In this document: in pieces, positions 10,900 to 21,233 of the stretch
Layout of the letters: each line of letters starts with the position of its first letter
How positions within the stretch are numbered: the stretch's first letter is position 1
Virus record (IMG/VR): IMGVR_UViG_3300014257_000015
Coordinates: 1-64,000 of that record
Length of the DNA stretch: 64,000 nucleotides
Origin: a virus
Direction: 5' to 3' (one strand)
The notes under the pieces: generated by a model
Database searches by the model: none
What the model saw: the letters and a program-made list of their open reading frames with translations, nothing else
Told to the model about the DNA's origin: nothing
Position numbers and translations under genes: made by a program

Positions 10900-10957
10900 A
10901 CAACACATAACACGGCTGGGCCATCACAAGGGTTCCAGAACTGATTGGAGGTGAGCC

Positions 10958-11815
10958 GTGAAAGAAGCACAAGAACAAGACATCGGCTCTTCGCAAAAGA
11001 GCAAAATCACCAAATCATTGCTCAAAGATCTTGGACCCCGGCTCCCGCTCGGGGTCATTGATTCATCGGGCGCGTATGTGAAAGACTTGGCTGTTCGCCC
11101 ATGGCGCTTGAAAGAAGAGCGTGAGTTGGGGGAGATTCGAGACCAAAACCGAGACGCCAATGTGGCGCAATTCGTTTCAATGGTTTTGGGGACTATGTGC
11201 ACTCGAATTGGGACGCATGAATTGGAGACAATCAAGCTTCCCGAACGTCGAGTCATCGTTTCACAAATGTTCATGGGCGACGTTTTCTTTGCCTACATCT
11301 GGCTGAGAATACAGGCCCTTGGACCAGAGTTGAAGGTTGATCTGACATGCCCGAATTGCTCATCCAAATTCCCGTTCAGTGCAGATCTCGAAACCATCGA
11401 GGTGACCAGCGCAGAAACTTTGAGCGATGCGCTATGGGAGTACAAACTGCACCACCCCTTCTCATTGCGCTCACGTCAAATAGAAAGACTCCAACTAGGG
11501 CCAGCCAGATGGAACGGGCTGGAGATGATGAGCAACTCAGGGTCACTTAACACGGGTGCAGCAAAAGCCGGAATCATTCGAGCTTCTGTTCATGGCATCC
11601 CGGACAAAGACGGCAAGTTCACTTCAACAGCACTAGGCGAGTATGAATTGGATGAGATGTCAAAACGCGACATCGAAGAGATTTCCAACCAAATCGATAA
11701 GCACGCGATCGGCGCAAATATGGCCATTGAAGGCAAGTGCACAAAATGCCGTTACTCCTTCAAGATGCCTATTGATTGGGGATATGACGGTTTTTTCGCT
11801 GTTTCTGGCCAGTAA
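10958..11815 (+). CDS. Tail assembly chaperone (G-like) with CxxC motifs
   Basis: Between tube and tape measure; CPNC and CTKC; GGAGGTG RBS. Confidence 0.75.
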   Translation: MKEAQEQDIGSSQKSKITKSLLKDLGPRLPLGVIDSSGAYVKDLAVRPWRLKEERELGEIRDQNRDANVAQFVSMVLGTMCTRIGTHELETIKLPERRVIVSQMFMGDVFFAYIWLRIQALGPELKVDLTCPNCSSKFPFSADLETIEVTSAETLSDALWEYKLHHPFSLRSRQIERLQLGPARWNGLEMMSNSGSLNTGAAKAGIIRASVHGIPDKDGKFTSTALGEYELDEMSKRDIEEISNQIDKHAIGANMAIEGKCTKCRYSFKMPIDWGYDGFFAVSGQ

Positions 11816-11997
11816 GCAGTCGTGAGTCATTACTGGAACAGATTTTCGCACTCACGTATTGCATGGAAGGGATGACATATCGTGATGTCGTGGAAATGGA
11901 CGGAAAAGACCGCGAATGGTTCTTGACTCGACTGCACAAGCAATTGAAGCGAGAATCCGAGGAGATCAAACGGAGTAGTCGGGGAAAAGGAAGGTGA
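11791..11997 (+). CDS. -1 frameshift extension of the tail chaperone (GT-like)
   Basis: In-frame slippery T TTT TTC at 11791-11797; -1 frame open from 11788 to TGA at 11995-11997 (…LLEQIFALTYCMEGMTYRDVVEMDGKDREWFLTRL…). Confidence 0.8.
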   Translation, partial: FFRCFWPVSSRESLLEQIFALTYCMEGMTYRDVVEMDGKDREWFLTRLHKQLKRESEEIKRSSRGKGR

Positions 11998-12003
11998 AGA
12001 CAA

Positions 12004-15000
12004 ATGGCGCTTGAAGCAATTGGGTTAGGGGGCGTCTTCACCTTCGACAACTCGCAGGCCAACCCACAGATTCGCCAATCTAGAGATGAACTAGGCCGTT
12101 TCATCAAGGCATCGGATGGCGTTGCCCCTGCTATGCAGCGAATGGGGCAATCAGTCTCGTCAACCGTAGCGCAGATCAAAGCACAAGTTGCCACGTTGAA
12201 GGTTGGGATGAAGTCGGCCGTGGACGGAATGCGCAACGCGGCGATGGGGATGTTGCCGGTGACATTGGCGGTAGGGGTTGGCGTAAAACAATCGGCTGAA
12301 TTTGAGAAACAGATGAGTGCCGTGGCATCTGTCACCCGAGCCAGCGCAGTTGAAATGGACACGATGAACAAGAAGGCCCTAAACATGGGTATGACTTCTG
12401 TGTTCACGTCAACACAAGCTGGCCAAGCAATGGAGGCGATGGGCCGCGCTGGCGCGACCACCTCAGAGATTGTTGACGGTCTCGGCGGTGTCATGAACGC
12501 GGCGGCGGCAGACTCGATGCCGTTGGCATCAGCAGCCCAGATTGTAAGTCAAGTTGTTCGCGGCATGGGCATGGAATTCAAAGACTCTGCTCACATTGCT
12601 GACGTTCTTGCTCTTGCTTCTGCCACCACCAATACAGACATCACAGCATTGGGCGAGTCGTTTGTGTACGGCGCTTCCCAAGCCCGCGCCATGGGCTTTA
12701 AGCTTGAAGAGGTCACAGCAGCGTTCGGCGCCCTAGCTAACGCAGGCCAGCGTGGGTCTCTCGGCGGCACCACTTTCATGAACATGTTGGTGAAGCTGTC
12801 GAAGCCTAGCCGAACCGCTGCTGGATTGATGGACAAATGGGGGATATCGTTGGTCAATGCCGATGGATCGATGCGAAAATTAGCTGACATCGTCGAAGAC
12901 TTTCGCGCCAACATCGAGCAGATCCCGTCAAAAGCACAACAGGCAGCCACGGCAGCTGAAATTTTTGGCTTGAGAGGTGCCCGTGCCTACAACGCACTAT
13001 CTGCCGCAGGAAAAGACTGGCTGCTGTCACAAGAGACTTTGCTACAGGATGCATCCGAGGGTGTGGGAGCGGCACAGGAAATGGCGGAGAAGCGCCTAGA
13101 TAACTTCATGGGCTCTTTGACGCTGTTCAAATCTGCTGTTGAGGCGTTTTCAATCGGAATGTTCAGCCCGATGCTGAAAGAATTCACCACCACGACAAAG
13201 CAGATCACTGATGGCCTAAGCAGCGTGCTCCAAGCAATGCAAGGGTTGACGGATATCGAGAACAACCTGAATCTAGAGCGACAAAAGAGTGCCGAAATCA
13301 TCGGGGCGAATTCCGCAGCCATCGCTGTCAATATGGGAGTATCCAAAAAACAGCAGAGCGTGGTGATGAAGTACATGAAGGTGCTCGGCGAAGGCGCAAT
13401 GGCCGAAGGGGAGTTGACCGGGAAACAAAAAGAGCGCCACGCCCTGGCCACCAAGCGGCTGACAGAAATCATGAGCAGGGAGAAGCTGCGAGGGAATATG
13501 ACTGTTGATCAGGCCATGAAAATGATCCAATCTGATCAACAATACCAAGCATCACAACTCAAGACCAATGATGTTTATCGTGCACAGATGTTTGAGCGAA
13601 AGAAGATGGCCGAGATCGAGAACAAATATGGCCGAACAGCAATGGTAATTGCCCAGGGGCTGAAGGATGCCATCGATGACATCAAGAATGCTTGGCGTGG
13701 CGCCGTCGGGTTGGTGAAGAAGTTTGGGGACATGGTGCGCAGCAAACTGGGCGAAGATGGATTGCGAACGCTTGTTCGAGTTGCCACAACGTTTGCGATC
13801 ATAGCCGCTGCAATGGCGCCGGTAATTCTTGGCCTATTGGCGTTCAGTTGGACCATGGGGAATGTGATCAAAATGGTGATGGCATTCAAGACGATCGCAT
13901 TTGCCGCTCTTGGATTGGTGAAAAGCGGCATAATAGCCATGGCTACTGCGTTTTGGCCTGTTACTGTCGCACTCGGGTTACTTGCTTTGGCCTTCGTAGC
14001 GTTCAGGAAAGACGGCGAAAGCATCGGCGACACACTACGCCGCGCCTTCGGGATGATCAAATCAGCAGCAATCATGGTTTACGACACAGCCATCAAACCA
14101 TTCATCCAGGGCATTCGTGATGCTTTTATCCCAGTTTGGGAAGAGGTGAAAGTGGTGGCGTTGGGAGTTTGGGATGTATTGAAGGGAACGTTCAACGAAA
14201 CTTGGCTAGCGATCAAGGCCACGATGTCCGAGATTGCCGCTGAGTTCATGGGAACTGCGCAAGGCGCGGAAATCAACTGGAGGGAATTGGGGCAACAAAT
14301 CATCGCCATCATCGGGGCCGTTGCGGTGTCGACGATTCAGCTGGTTGGATTCATAACCAACACCGTGATGAAGGTTGTACAATTCCTACTCCCAACGCTG
14401 AAAATACCATTCACGTCGATGATCAATTTTTTCAAACTGTTCATCTCAGGATTCCAAGACATCATGAACGGCGATTTCATGAATGGGTTGAACAAGATCG
14501 GCATCGCAATCTTTGATACGCTGACAATGCCGTTCCGTGCTGCCATCCGAACCATATTGTCGTTGGTGGAGAAGGTTCCAGGAGCTTCAAAAGTTCTGGG
14601 CAGCGGATTCGGGAAAGCTGCGAAGCAATTCGCCGAAGGAGGCTTGGCCAGTTTCACATACCCGTTGATGAAAGCACAGAACAAGGCAATAGGTGCCCCA
14701 GATTCAGCGGTTCCAGACAAGCTCGTGCCGCCGGTTGATTTGCTTCAAAAGAAGCTCGAATCGATGAACGATCTCAAGACACAGCAGGCCCGTCGACAAG
14801 CAGAGAAAACCAGTGTCAACGTTGAGCTCACCGACAAGCGCCAAATCAACGTGAACACAGACGTGAATTTGGACGGGGAGAAGGTTGCACAGTCGACCTC
14901 TCGCCACAGACAAGAGATCAGTGATCGCGCCGGGTTCAAGAGCACCCCATGGTCGCGCCGTATGTCGGCCGAACAGGGGGCAACGCTCCTTCGTGGCGGC

Positions 15001-15015
15001 GCAGGAGTTGGATGA
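12004..15015 (+). CDS. Tape measure protein (TP901-type core)
   Basis: 1003 aa, Ala-rich and helical; FEKQMSAV…GSLGGT…MAEKRLDN core. Confidence 0.92.
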   Translation: MALEAIGLGGVFTFDNSQANPQIRQSRDELGRFIKASDGVAPAMQRMGQSVSSTVAQIKAQVATLKVGMKSAVDGMRNAAMGMLPVTLAVGVGVKQSAEFEKQMSAVASVTRASAVEMDTMNKKALNMGMTSVFTSTQAGQAMEAMGRAGATTSEIVDGLGGVMNAAAADSMPLASAAQIVSQVVRGMGMEFKDSAHIADVLALASATTNTDITALGESFVYGASQARAMGFKLEEVTAAFGALANAGQRGSLGGTTFMNMLVKLSKPSRTAAGLMDKWGISLVNADGSMRKLADIVEDFRANIEQIPSKAQQAATAAEIFGLRGARAYNALSAAGKDWLLSQETLLQDASEGVGAAQEMAEKRLDNFMGSLTLFKSAVEAFSIGMFSPMLKEFTTTTKQITDGLSSVLQAMQGLTDIENNLNLERQKSAEIIGANSAAIAVNMGVSKKQQSVVMKYMKVLGEGAMAEGELTGKQKERHALATKRLTEIMSREKLRGNMTVDQAMKMIQSDQQYQASQLKTNDVYRAQMFERKKMAEIENKYGRTAMVIAQGLKDAIDDIKNAWRGAVGLVKKFGDMVRSKLGEDGLRTLVRVATTFAIIAAAMAPVILGLLAFSWTMGNVIKMVMAFKTIAFAALGLVKSGIIAMATAFWPVTVALGLLALAFVAFRKDGESIGDTLRRAFGMIKSAAIMVYDTAIKPFIQGIRDAFIPVWEEVKVVALGVWDVLKGTFNETWLAIKATMSEIAAEFMGTAQGAEINWRELGQQIIAIIGAVAVSTIQLVGFITNTVMKVVQFLLPTLKIPFTSMINFFKLFISGFQDIMNGDFMNGLNKIGIAIFDTLTMPFRAAIRTILSLVEKVPGASKVLGSGFGKAAKQFAEGGLASFTYPLMKAQNKAIGAPDSAVPDKLVPPVDLLQKKLESMNDLKTQQARRQAEKTSVNVELTDKRQINVNTDVNLDGEKVAQSTSRHRQEISDRAGFKSTPWSRRMSAEQGATLLRGGAGVG

Positions 15016-15782
15016 TGATACGAAACATTTTCAGATCATGGTTCATGCTCAACACCGATACAGGACAACTGTTGAAGGGTGACTTCGCACCGGTAAGCAC
15101 AACCGAAGAGGTGAAAGCCAATTACGCACAACACACGTCGCTCGGGATGCAAAAGACCATCCTGCAATTTCTACATGGAGAAGCGGACAAAGTCAGCGCA
15201 ACCATCCGCCTTTTCAACGCCCATAGCCTTGACTACAACGCAGAGAAGACGTTGACGTTGTTAAAGTTGTGGACGAAAAGAGACGCACTGCTCCAGCGGC
15301 CACCGGTGTGTTCATTTTGGGTTGGTGATGCGCACGTTGAAATGACCGATTGTGTGATTGAATCTCTATCCGGGATCACATACGGCCAACCATCGTTTTT
15401 CGGCGGCCTTCGTGACGTTTCGTTGACGATGAATTTGCTGAAATATGAGCAATACACGATCGACGAAAAGGGCGTGTACGAAACCCGTTACCACCGCATG
15501 AAACAAAATGATTACTTCGAGGCGGTTTGCCAGCGTGAGTACAACAATCCAATGTTGGGCGATGTCATCCGCCACCGCCATCCCACGAACGTCAACCCAC
15601 AGATTGGCGACGTGGTGAAGTTGCCTTCAATCGAGGCAATCCGAAAAGAAGTTGTCGAGCCAAAATCAATCCCACTCAATGGCGCGTATTCAAAAAAGGA
15701 AACACCACAAAGGGCGCGCAGAATCGAGATGTTTGATTTGAGAAACGTCGCGTATGTGAGCCATGTTATGACAGAGTATTGA
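15012..15782 (+). CDS. Tail tube initiator / LysM-like baseplate protein
   Basis: PPVCSFWVG…VIESLS; C-terminal LysM-like segment (IGDVVKLP); start set to the ATGA overlap at 15012. Confidence 0.7.
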   Translation: MMIRNIFRSWFMLNTDTGQLLKGDFAPVSTTEEVKANYAQHTSLGMQKTILQFLHGEADKVSATIRLFNAHSLDYNAEKTLTLLKLWTKRDALLQRPPVCSFWVGDAHVEMTDCVIESLSGITYGQPSFFGGLRDVSLTMNLLKYEQYTIDEKGVYETRYHRMKQNDYFEAVCQREYNNPMLGDVIRHRHPTNVNPQIGDVVKLPSIEAIRKEVVEPKSIPLNGAYSKKETPQRARRIEMFDLRNVAYVSHVMTEY

Positions 15783-15783
15783 C

Positions 15784-16962
15784 ATGCCAATTTACAGCAG
15801 GGCGCCTGACACTCTAGCACCTTTGTTTTCGGTTGACGTTCAGGGGCAACCAGTGCCGAGTGGCATTACACAACTCATCCAGAAAGTGGAATACGAAAGC
15901 TGCGATGGGATGGCCGACGTGGCGAGAATTACAGCCATCAATCCAGAATTCAAGATCACCGATGCAAAGGTGTTCCAGGCCGGTAATGAAATGGATATCT
16001 GGATGGGCTACGGGCGCGAGGGGATGAAGCATATTGGTCGTGTGGTGATTACGAAAACGAGACCGACATGGCCTGAGTCAGGGATCCCAACGATTCAGGT
16101 CGTAGGATACACGAAAGACGCCTTTATGGCGGACAACGCTCCAACTGTTAAAAAGCCACCCCCGAAGAAGCCGCCGAGAGGCCGCGCATACAAAGACATG
16201 CGTTACAGCGATGCTGTGAAGAAAGTTGCTGAGTCCAGCGAATACAATTTCGACACAGACATTGACGAAACACCAGAAACACCGACAACCTTCATACAAA
16301 AGGTTGGCCTCAGTGATTATGATTTTGTTAAAGGGTTGGCCAACGTGACTGGGTTCATGTTCTGGGTTGAATACAATATTGGAAGTTCACGATGGACATT
16401 ATTCTTCAAAAACCCCAACACTTATGAGCTTCAAGACAAAGAGTACACATTTAGATATGACTATGGTGATGACTCGACGTTGTTGAGTTTCACTCCAGAG
16501 TTGAACATCAGAGGGTTCCAAACAAAAATCACAGCACAAATCAAGGTTCCTGGGACTGGAAAGATGATGACAGTGGAAGTTGAGGAGGAGTCTGACAAGG
16601 CGCCGGACATGGACGCCACTTCACAGCTCACCGAAGACTTGAAAGGTGATTTCACCACTGCCAGCGACGTGAAACTGTACTTTCAGGACTTCTGTTTCGA
16701 CGTCATCGCCAATCTTAGAATCGTTTCTGAAGCAGAGTTGAAGCATTGGGTAAAGCAATGGTATCGTCGCCAACGCGAAAACTTCATCATGGCAACGGGC
16801 AAAGTCATCGGGATAGAGGAGTTGGAGGCGCGACAAGTTCACACCATCGAAGGAGTCGAAGGCGGATATGATGGCAAATACTATTTTTCACGCGTGAAAC
16901 ACATTATCGACGAAGGCGGGTATGCGTGTGAGTTCAATGCGAGAAAGGTGGTTCCAAAATGA
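15784..16962 (+). CDS. Baseplate hub (P2 gpD / late control D-like)
   Basis: IWMGY…SDYDFVKGLA…GKYYFSRVKHII…GY. Confidence 0.82.
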   Translation: MPIYSRAPDTLAPLFSVDVQGQPVPSGITQLIQKVEYESCDGMADVARITAINPEFKITDAKVFQAGNEMDIWMGYGREGMKHIGRVVITKTRPTWPESGIPTIQVVGYTKDAFMADNAPTVKKPPPKKPPRGRAYKDMRYSDAVKKVAESSEYNFDTDIDETPETPTTFIQKVGLSDYDFVKGLANVTGFMFWVEYNIGSSRWTLFFKNPNTYELQDKEYTFRYDYGDDSTLLSFTPELNIRGFQTKITAQIKVPGTGKMMTVEVEEESDKAPDMDATSQLTEDLKGDFTTASDVKLYFQDFCFDVIANLRIVSEAELKHWVKQWYRRQRENFIMATGKVIGIEELEARQVHTIEGVEGGYDGKYYFSRVKHIIDEGGYACEFNARKVVPK

Positions 16963-17909
16963 TTGCCGAAACCTATCCAGCCACAGTGACATCCATTGAC
17001 GATCCTGAAAAGCGCGGTCGAATCAAAGTGACATGCGCTGGAATTCTGGGCGATGAAGAAACCGAGTTGCCAATGTTCATAGCGCCTGTCCACCAATGGG
17101 GTTGGTTTTTCATACCGGACGTGGGCGAAAGCGTTGAAATTGAAGTCGTGACAAGCGGCGATGAAGACGAACAATTTGGACAATCATCAATCAACAACCT
17201 CGACATAAAATGGCGCGGCGCTCGTTATCACACAGACGCAGAACTGGAAGAATCGATCAACGAACCTCGTCCAGTACATTCTGACTTCACGGCCGAGGCA
17301 TACGGGAAGCGCCGGGGATTCGCGACGCCGATGGGCCATGTCATGATTTTTGACGACACGGAGAAGGCCCCGAGAATCTATCTCACGATGATGACAGAGA
17401 AGTTGGATCCACCCGACTCCACCCCGGACGAAACCAAATTCACGAGAGTTGAAATTGAACCGGATGGATCGATCAAGTTTGGTGCTTTGGCAAAACAAGT
17501 GTTTCACCTTCAGACCGAAGGGAACCAGCTATTGGTGACGTTGGACGAAGAGAAACACAAATTTGCTTTGGATGCCAACGGGCCTTCATTTACCGTGGAG
17601 TTGGATGGAGCGAAATACAGCATGAAACTTGACAGTTCTGCGCTCGAAGTGAAACTGAATGGCGCCACTTTGAAGAGCGAGGGGATGGGGCCGGGTGCAA
17701 AATTGACCGTTGGGAATGGGGCGATGCACGTAGCGATTGCTGAAACGCTGCAAATTTTGTACGAAACGTTGAAAGCCAATTTGACACTGTTCGCTAATCA
17801 CATACACCCAACTGGCGTTGGGCCGAGTGGCACCCCTCTTCCGCCGTTGGTCGTTCCGCCTTGGAACGCCGCGATTAAATCCACAAAAGTGAGCATACCG
17901 AATGGATAG
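16959..17909 (+). CDS. Baseplate central spike (gpV/gp5 OB-fold)
   Basis: DDPEKRGRIKV…PDVGESV OB-fold; C-terminal HxH metal motif (NHIHPTGVGPSG). Confidence 0.85.
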   Translation: MIAETYPATVTSIDDPEKRGRIKVTCAGILGDEETELPMFIAPVHQWGWFFIPDVGESVEIEVVTSGDEDEQFGQSSINNLDIKWRGARYHTDAELEESINEPRPVHSDFTAEAYGKRRGFATPMGHVMIFDDTEKAPRIYLTMMTEKLDPPDSTPDETKFTRVEIEPDGSIKFGALAKQVFHLQTEGNQLLVTLDEEKHKFALDANGPSFTVELDGAKYSMKLDSSALEVKLNGATLKSEGMGPGAKLTVGNGAMHVAIAETLQILYETLKANLTLFANHIHPTGVGPSGTPLPPLVVPPWNAAIKSTKVSIPNG

Positions 17910-17912
17910 CAA

Positions 17913-18671
17913 ATGGCAGCGATAGATGATTTCAAGGCCGCCATGAAGGCGTTGTTCCAGTCGATGCCCGCCACGGCACAAGCGGCGGCGTACGGACAAT
18001 GCGACAACATCGCTGCATATGTTGCTGCTGTAGGCGGCGGTGGCGGGGCGATGCCCGGGGAGATCTTGAACAACGTCACTCTCAACCCTTGGGTCGACAA
18101 CGTTGTTCCGCATACCCTTGGCCAAGCATACGAAGGCATTGTTGTCGTTCGACCTCGAAGCGTGATTTGTGATTTATGGGCGCACACCGGCGGGGTGCAT
18201 TCGACCGCTCCAGGGGCGCTAGTGAGATTACCGTTGAACACCATCGGGTATGATCGAGGAAGTAATTGGGACACTTCGCTGTATCAGATGGTGGCACCGG
18301 TTGATGGTGATTATCTTGTTGATGGATTGGTGTATTGGTTGGATTTATCAACTGGCTATTATGTTCAGCCTGGGTACTACGTTGGTTCAACAAATCAAGG
18401 CGCAGCAAATAACGTATGTTACGGCGCCACCACGCTTCGTCTCAAGTTTGGTGAATATCGCCAACCAATGTCACAGGGAGATATCCTGTATTCATACAGC
18501 TATCATGCTAATTTATCAGGCGCAGCAACTAACAAAGATGTCGGCGGCGAGATTAGAGTTTCATTGATCGATGACGGCGTGGTGGAAAGCCCTACCGTCA
18601 ATCCATCGCCGAGCACACAACTCATCCTTCGCACATCATACAAACGCACAGTCGACCTGTGGGTATTTTAA
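17913..18671 (+). CDS. Baseplate-associated protein with C1q/TNF-like domain
   Basis: YDRGSNWD…APVDGDYLV resembles the C1q F.AP..G.Y motif. Confidence 0.5.
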   Translation: MAAIDDFKAAMKALFQSMPATAQAAAYGQCDNIAAYVAAVGGGGGAMPGEILNNVTLNPWVDNVVPHTLGQAYEGIVVVRPRSVICDLWAHTGGVHSTAPGALVRLPLNTIGYDRGSNWDTSLYQMVAPVDGDYLVDGLVYWLDLSTGYYVQPGYYVGSTNQGAANNVCYGATTLRLKFGEYRQPMSQGDILYSYSYHANLSGAATNKDVGGEIRVSLIDDGVVESPTVNPSPSTQLILRTSYKRTVDLWVF

Positions 18672-18681
18672 GGAGAATTCC

Positions 18682-19068
18682 ATGGCCGTTGGTTTGAGAT
18701 TGCCTTGCGGAGTTGACCCAACCGGCGGCGCAGCCCTCGTCAGCAAAGACTCCAACAATGAAAAAATCATCAAAACGGCCTTGTCCAATTGCTACAGCAA
18801 CAACGCATTCCAGCAAGATCTTGGATTGGGCGATGAATTCGTTTTTGACATCACAGACGCCACTTTGAAGGCTAGAGTGCAACGCAAATTGGTGAAGTTG
18901 TTCAAAGAATTCACCATCCAGAAAAGATTCCAACTGCTTACAGACACCATAAAATGGTCGGAAAACGTGGAAGATCAAGAATTGATTATGACTTTCAAGT
19001 ACCATGACATGGAAGCGGACGAAGAAAAAGACATCACGCAGGTATACTCTGCCAGCGGAGGTGCTTGA
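18682..19068 (+). CDS. Baseplate wedge subunit (gp25/GPW-like)
   Basis: AAGGAG RBS before ATG 18682; size and position before baseplate J. Confidence 0.65.
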   Translation: MAVGLRLPCGVDPTGGAALVSKDSNNEKIIKTALSNCYSNNAFQQDLGLGDEFVFDITDATLKARVQRKLVKLFKEFTIQKRFQLLTDTIKWSENVEDQELIMTFKYHDMEADEEKDITQVYSASGGA

Positions 19069-21227
19069 TGCCCAACACTATAGTCACAATCCCTGATTTT
19101 GATTTCGCGGCCTATTACTACCCGCAGATTCTTGAAGCGTTGATCGCGTACAAGCGCCGAAACGTCCCTGAATTGACTGATGAGTCGGCATACGAACCGT
19201 ACACGCAGATGATGCGGATGATAGCGTTAGTGGGACACCTCAACAACGTCCTTCTCGATGTAGTGGCCAATGAATCAACACTAATAACGGCGAAGCTCGC
19301 TGAATCCGTACGCAACCACCTTCGGCTGATTGATTATGAGATGAACCCCGCTTCACCAGCATCAGTTGACGTGGTGTACGAGTTGTCAAAGGTCTTCACA
19401 GCACAATTCGAATTGATCAGCGCTGATGCCCAGGCGGCCACGCAACGTTCAGGGACAGACCCTGTAATCTATTTCGAGGCGCTAGAGCGGTTGCTAATCG
19501 ATCGTACTGATGAACATTCGTACGTGTTCGCCGAAGAGGATGGGGTGTTCGTGGATTACACGTCGGACGCCAACAGCGACTCTCCAACAGATGATTTTGA
19601 CCCTTGGGTTTCCCCTGGGGTGAAAGATGCTATTTATTGGGGGCATGCCCACGTAATGTGGGATACGCTCAGCGTGTTGATGACAGCTTACGGTTCAAAT
19701 TTCGAAGGGATATGGGAATACTTTGACGGCGATTGGAGTGATGTTTCTCCCACATCTGTAACAGACATCGGGGGCGGACAGCTTGAAATAGACCTCACCA
19801 GTTTGCTTGGGTCGGAAAACAGACAAGGCACACAAGTAAAAGTACAATACAACCCAACCACAGCATACGAGGTTGTCGAGGCAGAGTGGGACGGCTCGAA
19901 GAACAAAGCAACGAGCGGCCTATTAGGGCAAACGTCTCCATCAACCGATGTGGTGAATTATTCAATCGGCGTTCAATGGAAACAAGTGGAGATCGAAGAC
20001 AACGAAGTAGGCGACTTTACGGCAAATGGTGACTTGGAATATCTGCTACCACAGACGTTGCTCCAGAATTGGAGAACGACCGAAGTGAATGGCGTGACAG
20101 CATATTGGTTGCGTTATCGAATAATCACAATTTCCACACCAGTTTCGCCAACAATCCGTCGCACAAGGATGGACGGCGGGAAACAATACGCACTCAGAAG
20201 TTGCACACAAGGGCAATCACACTTAGACAGCCCGCTTGGTTCATCAACTGGACTAGCAAACCAACGCTTCCCGCTGTCGAAGGAGTATTTTGTCAGCGAA
20301 TCTGAGGAGGTATCGGTTGACGGAACCCTCTGGACAAGGGTTGAAAACTTCTTGGGGTCAGTGGCCACGGATAGACATTACACAATCGAACTGGGCGAGA
20401 ACGATCGAGCGACGGTTGTGTTTGGGGATGGCGTGAATGGGCGAATTCCGCCGCTTGGTGTTGGAAACATATCTGCTGATTATCGGTGGGGCGCCAATTA
20501 TGATGGAAACGTCGGAGCCAACACAGTCGTGGTGGACAAGACGGGATTAACATTCATCAACAAACTGTGGAATCCGAGACTAGGAACTGGATGGAGTGAA
20601 GCCCAGGGCGCCAATGAAGCAAGCCTTGAACGTGCTAAGATCGAGGGCCCAGCCAGCCTACGAACGAAAGACGTTGCTCTTGGGCCTGCTGATGTTGAAG
20701 TGTTGGCGCTGGCGTGGACTGATGAAGATGGAAGCTCGCCATTTGGACGAGCCAAATCATTTGAAGAAGGCTATGGGCCCAAGACCATAGAATTGGTGTT
20801 AGTGGCGAAGGGTGGCGGCGCAGCAACCTCATCGCAGATAGACAGCATCACAGAATACTTCAATGGCAACCAATTGGTTCACCCTCCTAAAACAAAACAC
20901 CTTGTCGCCAATCAAGAGGTCGTGGCTGTCAACTACACACCGAAGTTGATTGACATCGTTGCCACAGTGTACGGTGACGTTGACCAGACGGCCATATCCA
21001 CCCAACTTAGCCAGGTGCTTCAGCCCGATGCGTTGAAAGAGGATGGCGTGACATATGAGTGGCAATTCGGCGGTGACGTTCCGCTATCTCGTATCAACCA
21101 TGAGATATTCGCATCAGTTGACGGAATCACCAAGGTTGAAATATCTTCCCCGGCGGCAGACGTTGTTTTGGCGTCTCGGGAATTACCAAAAGCAAACACC
21201 ATCAGCATCACAGTTGTGACGCCATAG
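19068..21227 (+). CDS. Baseplate J-like wedge protein
   Basis: ELTDES…NESTLITA; SSTG.ANQRF; FGDGVNGRIP…YRWG. Confidence 0.88.
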   Translation: MPNTIVTIPDFDFAAYYYPQILEALIAYKRRNVPELTDESAYEPYTQMMRMIALVGHLNNVLLDVVANESTLITAKLAESVRNHLRLIDYEMNPASPASVDVVYELSKVFTAQFELISADAQAATQRSGTDPVIYFEALERLLIDRTDEHSYVFAEEDGVFVDYTSDANSDSPTDDFDPWVSPGVKDAIYWGHAHVMWDTLSVLMTAYGSNFEGIWEYFDGDWSDVSPTSVTDIGGGQLEIDLTSLLGSENRQGTQVKVQYNPTTAYEVVEAEWDGSKNKATSGLLGQTSPSTDVVNYSIGVQWKQVEIEDNEVGDFTANGDLEYLLPQTLLQNWRTTEVNGVTAYWLRYRIITISTPVSPTIRRTRMDGGKQYALRSCTQGQSHLDSPLGSSTGLANQRFPLSKEYFVSESEEVSVDGTLWTRVENFLGSVATDRHYTIELGENDRATVVFGDGVNGRIPPLGVGNISADYRWGANYDGNVGANTVVVDKTGLTFINKLWNPRLGTGWSEAQGANEASLERAKIEGPASLRTKDVALGPADVEVLALAWTDEDGSSPFGRAKSFEEGYGPKTIELVLVAKGGGAATSSQIDSITEYFNGNQLVHPPKTKHLVANQEVVAVNYTPKLIDIVATVYGDVDQTAISTQLSQVLQPDALKEDGVTYEWQFGGDVPLSRINHEIFASVDGITKVEISSPAADVVLASRELPKANTISITVVTP

Positions 21228-21233
21228 GAGTGA

